NCBI GenBank assembly: GCA_018401435.1
Contig: JAGYJW010000023.1
Span: 25,327-89,326, forward strand
Length of the DNA: 64,000 bases
Direction: 5' to 3'
Origin: Deltaproteobacteria bacterium
GTDB lineage: Bacteria > Myxococcota_A > UBA796 > UBA2385
Shown here: in pieces, positions 53,878-61,495 of the stretch
How the letters are laid out: every line of letters starts with the position of its first letter
How positions within the stretch are numbered: position 1 is the stretch's first letter
The notes under the pieces: generated by a model
The model's database searches: none
Told to the model about the DNA's origin: nothing
What the model saw: only the letters and a program-made list of their open reading frames with translations
Position numbers and translations under genes: made by a program

Positions 53878-56800
53878 ATGAGGCTGGAGGACCTGGCTGG
53901 GCTCGACCTCAACCGCCTCGTCGTGCTCGCCGTGCTGCTCGAGGAGGGAGGCGTCTCCCCCGCAGCCCGACGGCTGGGCCGGACCCAGTCGGCTGTGAGT
54001 CACACCCTGGCCCAGCTCCGGGAGGACCTCGGCGACGACCTGCTGGTCCGGGTGGGGCGGGGCATGGCGCCCACTCCCTTCGCGGACCGCCTCCGGTTTC
54101 CCCTGATGACCGTGCTCGGGCAGCTCGGGGCCCTGACCCGTGGGGCCGCCTTCGACCCGGCGACGGCGCGCCGAACCTTCCGCGTGGGCTGGAGTGACTA
54201 CCTGCAGCTCGTCGTCGGAGGCAGCTGGCTCCCCCCGCTGCGGATGGCGGCCCCGGGGATCGACCTGGTGGCCGTCGCACCGCCGCCGGGGGGCCCGGCA
54301 CCCCTGCTGGCCGACGGCCGCCTGGACCTCGCCTTCGACGTCGGCTTGTCCGACGACGACACCCTCAAGGGCCGGCTGCTGTTCGAAGACGCGTTCGCCA
54401 CCCTGGCTGGTGCTCGGGGAGGCTTCGCCCCCGGACCGCTCAGCCTGGAGCAGGTCGGCGAGCGGCTCTCCGTCGCGCGGGCGCTGCGTGAGAATGGGCT
54501 TGACGTGCTTGATGCCGACGAGGTGGCCTCGCGTTTGCGCCACGCCGAACCCGGGCTGATCGCCCTGCTGGACGGGGCGCCGCCGGTGCTCGACAACCCC
54601 GACCAGCCCACCCTTCGCGTGGCCCGCGCCGACGAGCGGGCCCGGGTGCGGGTGGTCTGCGGAAAGCCCTTGCCCGACCCGGCGCTGCCGGCCAACCTGC
54701 CCTCCCTCAGCCGCTTGGGACGCAGCGTCTTTGCGGCGCTGCCCGCGCCCATCCTCGCCGTAGATCTCATCTATGATGCCCGCCGCTGGCGCATCCTCGA
54801 CCTGCGCACCCTGGCGTTGGCCGACCTGGCTCCGGCCGAACAGGCCGAGCTCTACCAGGCCGCAGCGGCCTTGCCCGACCGCAAGGGCAATGGCCGCAAA
54901 GAGCCCCACCTGCCCAGCCTCGCCGTCCTGTGGGCCGGGCGCTACCCAGGCTCTGCATCCTCGGCAGAGACCCTGGACAAGCTGGCACAGGTGGGGGCGC
55001 GCATGGGCCTGCGCGTCGAGATGATCGGCCCCGATGATCTCGACCGGCTGGGCGATCACGACGCGCTCTTCATTCGCATGCTGACCGGCGTGAACCAGCC
55101 GGCCTGGCGCTTTGCCACCCGGGCCCAGGCCCTGGGCATGCCCGTCATCGACCAGCCCGACGCCATTGTGCGTTGCAGCAACAAGGTCTACCTCTTTGAA
55201 TTGCTGCGTCGCAGCGGACTGCCCATGCCGGCGACGGTCGTGGTGGACCGGGCCACCACCTGGGAGGAGCTGGTGGAGGCCCTGGGCGCGCCGGTGGTGC
55301 TCAAGGACCCCGACGGCTCCTTCTCCACCGGGGTCTTCAAGCTGGAGTCGGCCGAGGATCTGCGGCAGCGCATGGACAGCCTGATGGAGCGCTCCCCGCT
55401 GCTCATCGCCCAGGCCTGGCTGCCCACCAGCTTTGACTGGCGGGTGGGCGTGCTGGGGCGCAAGCCGGTGTGGGCCGCCCGCTACCATATGGTGACCGGA
55501 CACTGGCAGATCAGCGCCAGCCACGGCCACGCGGTGCGCTTTGGCCGGGTGGAGGCCGTGCCCCTGGACCAGGCCCCCAAGGACGTCGTGCGCCTTGCAT
55601 CCCGGGCCGCCGACCTCATCGGAGATGGGCTCTTTGGGGTCGATCTCAAAGAGACCCCCGACGGGCCGGTGGTGATTGAGGTCAACGACAACCCCAACCT
55701 CGACCTGGGCTATGAGGACGCCGCCAGCGGCGACAGCATCTACGAGGCCATCGTGGGTTGGTTTCTGCAGCGTCTGCGGGCCGACGCGCCCAGAGCGGCC
55801 CAAAAGATCCGCAGCGCCGCCGAGCTACCCGCGCTGCAGCGGCCCATCGGGCGCGCCTTGCCCGCCCGCAGCCAGCCCTACTCTGCCTATGAGGTGGTGG
55901 GGCTCGAGCTGGAATATTCGCTGGTGGACCGCGATCTCAACGTGGTGCACCTGGCGCCAGACGTGCTCGCGGGCCTGGCCGGGCGGCCCTGCTCCGACGT
56001 GGTGCTGGGACGGGTCGGGATCTCCAACGAGATCATGGAGCATGTCATCGAGATCAAGAACCAGGTACCCCATGGGTCCCTGGCCCGGGCCGAGGCCGAC
56101 CTGGTCGAAGGCGTGCGCCGGGTCGCCTTGCTGCTCGACCAGCGCCACCGCGCCCGCATGTTGCCCGGCGGCATGCACCCCTGGTTCCGCCCCGAAGGCG
56201 CGCGCACCTGGCGCCGCAGCAACCGCCGCATCTATGACACCTACACCCGACTCTTCAATGTGCAGACCCACGGCTGGGCCAATGTGCAGGCGGTGCACGT
56301 GAACCTGCCCCTGGGCAGCCCCGAAGAGGCCACCGCGATGATGAACGCGGCCCGCCTGCTGGTGCCCTACCTGCCGGCCCTGGCGGCAAGCTCTCCGCTG
56401 GTAGAAGGCGAGATGACCGGCCGGGTGGACAACCGGGTGGCCTGGCTGCTGGAGCACCAGGCGCGCATTCCCGAGAGCATGGCCCGCCTGGTGCCCGAGC
56501 CCCTGCGGGCCTATGGCGACTACAAGAAGAACGTGCTGGCGCCCATGTACGCCGCGGTGGACCGCCTGCCCGACGCCGAGGCCCTGCGCGCCGAATTCCT
56601 CAACGCCCGAGGCGCGGTCTTCAAGGCCAGCCGGGCCTCCATGGAGCTGCGCATCCTGGATGTGCAGGAGTGCGTCGCCATGGACATGGCCATCGCCTGC
56701 TTCGTGCGCCGGGCCTTGCGCGATCTGGCCCAGGACCTCAGCAGCCTGGCACCGGCCGATCAAGGGCTGCTGGAGCGGGATCTGCTGGCGGTGGCCACCG

Positions 56801-57132
56801 GGGGCAGCCGCGCGCGGGTGATGGCCCCTCACCTGCCCTTGGCGGCCCAACGCGCCGCTGACGGCGGCCTGTCGGCCCAGCAGGTGCTGGCCTGGCACCT
56901 GGAGCGGGTCAGCCACAGGGCTAAGGACGAACGGGCCTACCTCGACCGGGTGGCCGACGTGGTGGCCCAAGGCAGCCTGTCCGAGCGCATCCTGGCGCGG
57001 CTGACGCCCCTGGCCGACGACGAGAGCGGCTTCACCGAGGCCGCCCGCGGCATCTACATCGAGCTGGCCGACTGCCTGGTGGACAACCGCCCCTGGACCG
57101 GCCGCAGCCATGCCTCCCCGGAGCGTCCATGA
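53878..57132 (+). CDS. Triple fusion: LysR-type HTH regulator + RimK-like ATP-grasp ligase + GCS2 (YbdK-like) carboxylate-amine ligase
   Basis: A single 1084-aa ORF has a strong Shine-Dalgarno. Residues 1-~260 are LysR-like ('LNRLVVLAVLLEEGGVSPAARRLGRTQSAVSHTLAQLRE'). Residues ~347-631 are a RimK ATP-grasp ('APVVLKDPDGSFSTGVFKLES', 'VIEVNDNPNL'). Residues ~668-1084 are GCS2 ('VVGLELEYSLVD', 'AVHVNLPL'). There is no stop, and no nearby ATG, at either junction. Confidence 0.8.
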   Translation: MRLEDLAGLDLNRLVVLAVLLEEGGVSPAARRLGRTQSAVSHTLAQLREDLGDDLLVRVGRGMAPTPFADRLRFPLMTVLGQLGALTRGAAFDPATARRTFRVGWSDYLQLVVGGSWLPPLRMAAPGIDLVAVAPPPGGPAPLLADGRLDLAFDVGLSDDDTLKGRLLFEDAFATLAGARGGFAPGPLSLEQVGERLSVARALRENGLDVLDADEVASRLRHAEPGLIALLDGAPPVLDNPDQPTLRVARADERARVRVVCGKPLPDPALPANLPSLSRLGRSVFAALPAPILAVDLIYDARRWRILDLRTLALADLAPAEQAELYQAAAALPDRKGNGRKEPHLPSLAVLWAGRYPGSASSAETLDKLAQVGARMGLRVEMIGPDDLDRLGDHDALFIRMLTGVNQPAWRFATRAQALGMPVIDQPDAIVRCSNKVYLFELLRRSGLPMPATVVVDRATTWEELVEALGAPVVLKDPDGSFSTGVFKLESAEDLRQRMDSLMERSPLLIAQAWLPTSFDWRVGVLGRKPVWAARYHMVTGHWQISASHGHAVRFGRVEAVPLDQAPKDVVRLASRAADLIGDGLFGVDLKETPDGPVVIEVNDNPNLDLGYEDAASGDSIYEAIVGWFLQRLRADAPRAAQKIRSAAELPALQRPIGRALPARSQPYSAYEVVGLELEYSLVDRDLNVVHLAPDVLAGLAGRPCSDVVLGRVGISNEIMEHVIEIKNQVPHGSLARAEADLVEGVRRVALLLDQRHRARMLPGGMHPWFRPEGARTWRRSNRRIYDTYTRLFNVQTHGWANVQAVHVNLPLGSPEEATAMMNAARLLVPYLPALAASSPLVEGEMTGRVDNRVAWLLEHQARIPESMARLVPEPLRAYGDYKKNVLAPMYAAVDRLPDAEALRAEFLNARGAVFKASRASMELRILDVQECVAMDMAIACFVRRALRDLAQDLSSLAPADQGLLERDLLAVATGGSRARVMAPHLPLAAQRAADGGLSAQQVLAWHLERVSHRAKDERAYLDRVADVVAQGSLSERILARLTPLADDESGFTEAARGIYIELADCLVDNRPWTGRSHASPERP

Positions 57133-59516
57133 TGACCCGCCTGACCACCGGCGCCGCCCTGCTGCTGTGCGCCTGCAGCGATGGTGGGCCCGCCTCCACC
57201 CCGGCCCCCACGGCGAAGGCCCCCAACATCCTGGTGGTGACCCTGGACACCACCCGCCGGGACTCGCTGAGCCCCTATGGCGGCCCCAAGGAGGGCACCC
57301 CGGTGCTGGAGCGCATCGCCCGCCAGGGCGCCCGCTTCGACCGTGCCTATACCGTCACGCCGCTCACGATTCCGGCCCACTCGTCTCTGCACACCGGGCT
57401 CCTTCCGCCCCGACACGGCGTGCGGGACAATGGCGACCAGTTCTTGTCCGACAGCGCCCTCACCCTGGCCGAACAACTCAAGGGCGCCGGCTATGCAACC
57501 ATGGCCTCCGTGGGCGCCGAGGTCACCAGCCACCATTGGGGCTTTGCCCAGGGCTTTGACGCCTATTTTGACGATATGGGCGAGGCCGCCGAGGGCGAGC
57601 GCAACCGCTGGCGCGTCGAACGCCGCGGCGACAAGGTGGTGGATGACGCCTTGGGTTGGCTGCAGAGCCGGGCCGGCCAGGAGGCGCCCTTCTTCGCTTG
57701 GGTTCACCTCTTTGACGCCCACCACCCCTACGAGCCTCCCGACAGCTTTCGGGCCCTCTTCCCCGACCGCCCCTACCTGGGCGAGATCGCCTTCGCCGAC
57801 GCCCAGCTGGGCCGGGTGCTGACCGAGCTGGAGCGCCAGGATCCGGGCCTGATGAACACCTGGATCTTCGTGCTGGCCGATCACGGCGAGAGCATGGGGG
57901 CCCATGGCGAAGGCATGCACGGCGTGCTGCTTTACGACGAGACCACCGCCATCCCCCTGGTGGTGCGCCCGGCCGGAGGCCTTCCGACCCCCCGCATCAT
58001 CCAGGCCCCTGCCAGCATCGTGGACATCCTGCCCACCGCCCTGGCTGCCGCCGGCCTGCCTCTGCCCCAGGACATCGACGGCCAGGCCCTCTCGGGCTGG
58101 TTGAGCCCCGAGCCGGCCCCGCCCGAAGGCGCGATGGACCGGGTGGTCTATATGGAGAGCCTCTATGGCTGGCACCACTACGGGTGGGCCCCCCAGCGCG
58201 CGGTGGCCGAAGGCCAATACAAGCTCATCGATACGCCCACCACCGAGCTTTACGCCAAGGCCGACGGCGCCGAGGCCACAAACCTCGCAGCGACCCAACC
58301 CGAGCAGCGCCAGCGCCTGCTGGACCGCATGGACGCCCTGGCTGCCGGCCTGCTGCCCCTCGAAGGGGCCGCGTCTTCGGCCTCGCTGAGCCCCGACCGC
58401 ATCGCCCAGCTCGAAGCCCTTGGCTATGTCACCACCAACGCAGGCAGCAGCGGGGACGTGCCCTGGCGGGACGCCAGCCTGTCGGATCCCGTCGCGCGCC
58501 TGCCCATCCTCAAGCGCCTCGAAGAGGTGCGAAAGGCCCAGCAATCCGGCGATCTCAACCTCGCCCGCAAGGTGGCCGAGCAGATCCTGGCCGAGGAGCC
58601 CGGCCTGGTCGATCCCGCCCGCACCCTGGCCGGCATCCTGCTGCGGCTGGGCGATCTGGACGCGGCCGAGAAGGTGGTGGCCGACCTCGACGCCCGGCAG
58701 CCCTCCAGCAACAACAAGGCCATGCTGGCCAGCATCCACATGCGGCGGGCCGATCTGGACGGCGCCATCACGCTCTATGGGGCCGCCTTGGAGATGGATC
58801 CCTATGTGGCCGGCACCTGGACCCCCTATCTGCACGCCCTGTGGATCAAGGGGGATCTGTCCCGCCTGAATGAAGAGCTGGCGCGGGTTCACGCGCTGAT
58901 TCCCGACCACGCCATCGCCCAGGGCATGGGGGGGGTGGTGATGGCCATGCAGCGCCAATGCGGCCCCGCCGTTGCAACCTTGCAGCGGGCCATCGCCGCA
59001 GAGCCCATGCAACCCTTTGTGCACCACGCCCTGGGCATGTGCCAGCGGGCCATGGGCGAGGTGGACGAGGCCGAGACCAACCTGCTCGAAGAGGTGGACC
59101 ACTACCCGCCCGCCCTGCCCAGCCGCCGGGCGCTGGTGGAGATCTACACCGGCCAGAAGCGCTATGACGAGCAGCTGGCGCAGCTCTTGGCCATTGAGGC
59201 CAAGGAGCCTGCCCACCCCCTCACCGCCCACAGCAAGGGGCAGGTGCTCTTCAACCTGGGCCGCTATGCAGAGTCGCGCCCGGTGGTGGAACGCTGCATG
59301 GAGCTGGCGCCGGACTACCCCGGCTGCGTGATGCTCTATGCCAATGTGCTCAAGAAGCTGGGCGAGGAGGAGAAGGCCGTCGAGACCTACCACCGGGCCC
59401 TGGCCATGGCCGACCAGCGCCCGCCCACCGCCGCGGCCGAAGAGCCCGCAATCACCGCCCCCGAAGCGGGGGCCGCCGACCCCATCGCCGACCCCACCCG
59501 CTACTGGAAGGAGTAG
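57129..59516 (+). CDS. Alkaline-phosphatase-superfamily ('sulfatase' Pfam-type) lipoprotein with a Thr nucleophile and C-terminal TPR repeats
   Basis: The lipobox is 'LLLCAC'. The metal and nucleophile context is 'NILVVTLDTTRRD' and 'TPLTIPAHSSLHTGLLPPRHG'. The C-terminal ~330 aa are TPR-like. An ATGA overlap couples it to the upstream fusion gene. Confidence 0.82.
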   Translation: MMTRLTTGAALLLCACSDGGPASTPAPTAKAPNILVVTLDTTRRDSLSPYGGPKEGTPVLERIARQGARFDRAYTVTPLTIPAHSSLHTGLLPPRHGVRDNGDQFLSDSALTLAEQLKGAGYATMASVGAEVTSHHWGFAQGFDAYFDDMGEAAEGERNRWRVERRGDKVVDDALGWLQSRAGQEAPFFAWVHLFDAHHPYEPPDSFRALFPDRPYLGEIAFADAQLGRVLTELERQDPGLMNTWIFVLADHGESMGAHGEGMHGVLLYDETTAIPLVVRPAGGLPTPRIIQAPASIVDILPTALAAAGLPLPQDIDGQALSGWLSPEPAPPEGAMDRVVYMESLYGWHHYGWAPQRAVAEGQYKLIDTPTTELYAKADGAEATNLAATQPEQRQRLLDRMDALAAGLLPLEGAASSASLSPDRIAQLEALGYVTTNAGSSGDVPWRDASLSDPVARLPILKRLEEVRKAQQSGDLNLARKVAEQILAEEPGLVDPARTLAGILLRLGDLDAAEKVVADLDARQPSSNNKAMLASIHMRRADLDGAITLYGAALEMDPYVAGTWTPYLHALWIKGDLSRLNEELARVHALIPDHAIAQGMGGVVMAMQRQCGPAVATLQRAIAAEPMQPFVHHALGMCQRAMGEVDEAETNLLEEVDHYPPALPSRRALVEIYTGQKRYDEQLAQLLAIEAKEPAHPLTAHSKGQVLFNLGRYAESRPVVERCMELAPDYPGCVMLYANVLKKLGEEEKAVETYHRALAMADQRPPTAAAEEPAITAPEAGAADPIADPTRYWKE

Positions 59517-59551
59517 TTTGGCGGTGCGCGAGAGGCGCGCATGCCAACCCA

Positions 59552-59584
59552 GTTCAACAGCGCGCAAATAGCGCACCGTTGAAC
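59552..59584 (+). terminator. Hairpin downstream of the TPR-lipoprotein gene
   Basis: GTTCAAC (59552-59558) pairs with GTTGAAC (59578-59584). An inner GCGC/GCGC pairing surrounds an AAATA loop. No U-tract follows. Confidence 0.3.
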
Positions 59585-59659
59585 CAGCCCGATATTGGCG
59601 GGGGCCTTGCCCGCACCGCGCCAAGGGCGCTTCCCCGGCGTCCTCTTCGAGGCCGCCGG

Positions 59660-59712
59660 GCGGCCGGCCCACATGCGCCGGCCGCGTCCAACGAATCGGG
59701 ATTTCCGATTCG
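59660..59712 (-). terminator. Two GC-rich hairpins immediately downstream of cysK
   Basis: CGAATCGG (59692-59699) pairs with CCGATTCG (59705-59712) around a 5-nt loop, 5 nt after the cysK TAG. GCGGCCGGC (59660-59668) pairs with GCCGGCCGC (59677-59685). Confidence 0.35.
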
Positions 59713-59717
59713 CTGAA

Positions 59718-60650
59718 CTAGCCAAAGAGCCCGGTGCTGAGGTAGCGCTCGCCGGTGCTGGCGCACAAGAAGGCCACATTGCGCCCGGGGCCGAGCTTTC
59801 GGGCGAGCTGACGGGCCACCACGAAGGCCGCCCCCGACGAGATGCCCACCAGCAGGCCCTCAGCCCGGGCCAGGGCCCGGCTGCCCTCAATGGCGTGCGC
59901 GTCGGGAAGGGCCACCACGGCGTCATAGGCGGCCCGGTCCAACACCGGCGGCACAAAGCCCGCGCCGATGCCCTGGATGCCATGAAGCCCCGGCGCGCCC
60001 CCGGTGAGCACCGCGCTGCCTTCGGGCTCCACCACCCAGATCTGGATGTCGGGGAAGGCTGCCCGCAACACCGGCGCCACCCCGCTCACCGTGCCCCCGG
60101 TTCCCACGCCGCAAACAAAGCCGTGCAGCCCATCCTCGGCGAATGCCGTCACGAGTTCGGGCCCCGTTCCAGCGCGGTGGGCGCCGGGGTTGGCGGGGTT
60201 GGCGAATTGGCTGGGATAGAAGGCGTCTTCGACCCGCTCGCCAATGCGCAGACTGGCGTCGATGGCCCCGCGCATGGCGTCGGCCGCCGGGGTCAAGACG
60301 CACTCGGCCCCATAGGCCTCCAACAGGCGCCGGCGCTCGATGGAGAGGTCATCGGGCATGGTCAGGATCAGGCGGTAGCCCAAGGCGGCGCAGGCCATGG
60401 CCAACCCCACGCCCGTATTGCCGCTGGTGGCCTCGATGATGGTGCTGCGTCCCGCTTGAATGCGCCCCTCGGCCTCGGCCTGGCGCAGCATGGCCAGGGC
60501 GATGCGGTCCTTGACCGAGCCGCCGGGATTCATGCTCTCCAACTTGGCGAAGATGTGCGCGCCGCGCGGATCCCAGGCCCGGCGCAGCCGCAGCACCGGC
60601 GTCTGGCCGATGAGGTCGAGGATGCTGTCCACCCGCGACGACCCGCTCAT
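59718..60650 (-). CDS. cysK: Cysteine synthase (O-acetylserine sulfhydrylase)
   Basis: Supporting motifs are '[16 protein letters not shown]' (PLP Lys), '[12 protein letters not shown]' and '[10 protein letters not shown]'. Confidence 0.9.
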   Translation of the reverse strand: MSGSSRVDSILDLIGQTPVLRLRRAWDPRGAHIFAKLESMNPGGSVKDRIALAMLRQAEAEGRIQAGRSTIIEATSGNTGVGLAMACAALGYRLILTMPDDLSIERRRLLEAYGAECVLTPAADAMRGAIDASLRIGERVEDAFYPSQFANPANPGAHRAGTGPELVTAFAEDGLHGFVCGVGTGGTVSGVAPVLRAAFPDIQIWVVEPEGSAVLTGGAPGLHGIQGIGAGFVPPVLDRAAYDAVVALPDAHAIEGSRALARAEGLLVGISSGAAFVVARQLARKLGPGRNVAFLCASTGERYLSTGLFG

Positions 60651-61405
60651 TTGCGCTCCCGAAGCGGGCGCAGGCGGCTGGCCTTGCGAGCGGCCTCGCC
60701 CTCGGCGGGCGGCGGCGCGCCCCCGCGCACCATGGGCTCCTCGTCGCCGGCGGACCCCAGGGGCGGCAGGCCCTTGATGGCGCGAAGCTCGGCCTCCACC
60801 GCCATGAGTCGCTCCATGACCGGGTCGTCGGCCCCCACCGTCGCATCGGGGCTCCAGTGGCGGTCCTTGGCGCCCGCGGGATCCGGCGCGCTGGTCGCGG
60901 GCCGGCCCGGGATGCCCACCACCGTGGTGCCGGGGGCCACATCCCGCACCACCACGCTGTTGGCGCCGATGCGCGCCCCCCTGCCCACGGCGATGGGCCC
61001 CAGCAGCTTGGCGCCCGCGCCCACCACCACATCCTCACCCAGGGTGGGGTGGCGCTTCTCTTGCCGCCAGCTGGTGCCCCCCAGGGTGACCCCATGGTAG
61101 AGCGTGCAGTTGTCGCCGATCACGCTGGTCTCGCCGATCACCACGCCCATGCCGTGGTCGATGAAGACCCCGCCGCCGATCTGTGCGCCGGGGTGGATCT
61201 CCACGCCGGTGAGCCCCCGCCCCAGGTGGCTCAGGGACCGGGCCGTCACGCGGTGGCCGCGCGCCCACAGCCGCGACGACAGGCGGTGCAGCAACAAGGC
61301 GTGAAAGCCCGGGTAGTTGAGCAAGACCTCCAGGCGACTGCCCGCCGCGGGATCGCGGTCGAGCACGGCTTGAAGGTCCCGGCGGAGGTGCTGGAGCAGG
61401 GCCAT
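60647..61405 (-). CDS. cysE: Serine O-acetyltransferase with an extended C-terminal tail
   Basis: The left-handed beta-helix hexapeptide repeats read '[44 protein letters not shown]'. An ATGA overlap couples it to cysK. Confidence 0.9.
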   Translation of the reverse strand: MALLQHLRRDLQAVLDRDPAAGSRLEVLLNYPGFHALLLHRLSSRLWARGHRVTARSLSHLGRGLTGVEIHPGAQIGGGVFIDHGMGVVIGETSVIGDNCTLYHGVTLGGTSWRQEKRHPTLGEDVVVGAGAKLLGPIAVGRGARIGANSVVVRDVAPGTTVVGIPGRPATSAPDPAGAKDRHWSPDATVGADDPVMERLMAVEAELRAIKGLPPLGSAGDEEPMVRGGAPPPAEGEAARKASRLRPLRERK

Positions 61406-61495
61406 GGCCGCCTCCTACCCGGATGCGGCGACGCGGGCAGCCGACCGGGGGGCGGCCCTCGCGTTATCCGGTCAGGTCTGAACATTGAGGACCCC

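Noticed and set aside
53803-55803. A 666-aa minus-strand ORF opposite the LysR-ATP-grasp-GCS2 gene. Similar long antisense ORFs occur at 57054..59672, 41157..43751, 26570..29197, 44855..46558, 8304..10073, 6627..8282, 22696..24726, 31345..34206, 34937..36667, 39193..41610, 36696..37844 and 59595..61100.
   Set aside because: All lie opposite genes with clear family motifs. They have Arg/Gly/Pro/Ala-dominated low-complexity translations and no recognisable domains. Stop codons are scarce in all frames at this G+C content.
57129-59516. A functional link between the 'sulfatase'-type lipoprotein and the EPS sulfotransferase, as a sulfation/desulfation pair.
   Set aside because: The two genes are about 50 kb apart. 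In addition, the enzyme has a Thr, not a Cys/Ser-FGly, nucleophile motif, so it is probably not a sulfatase at all.
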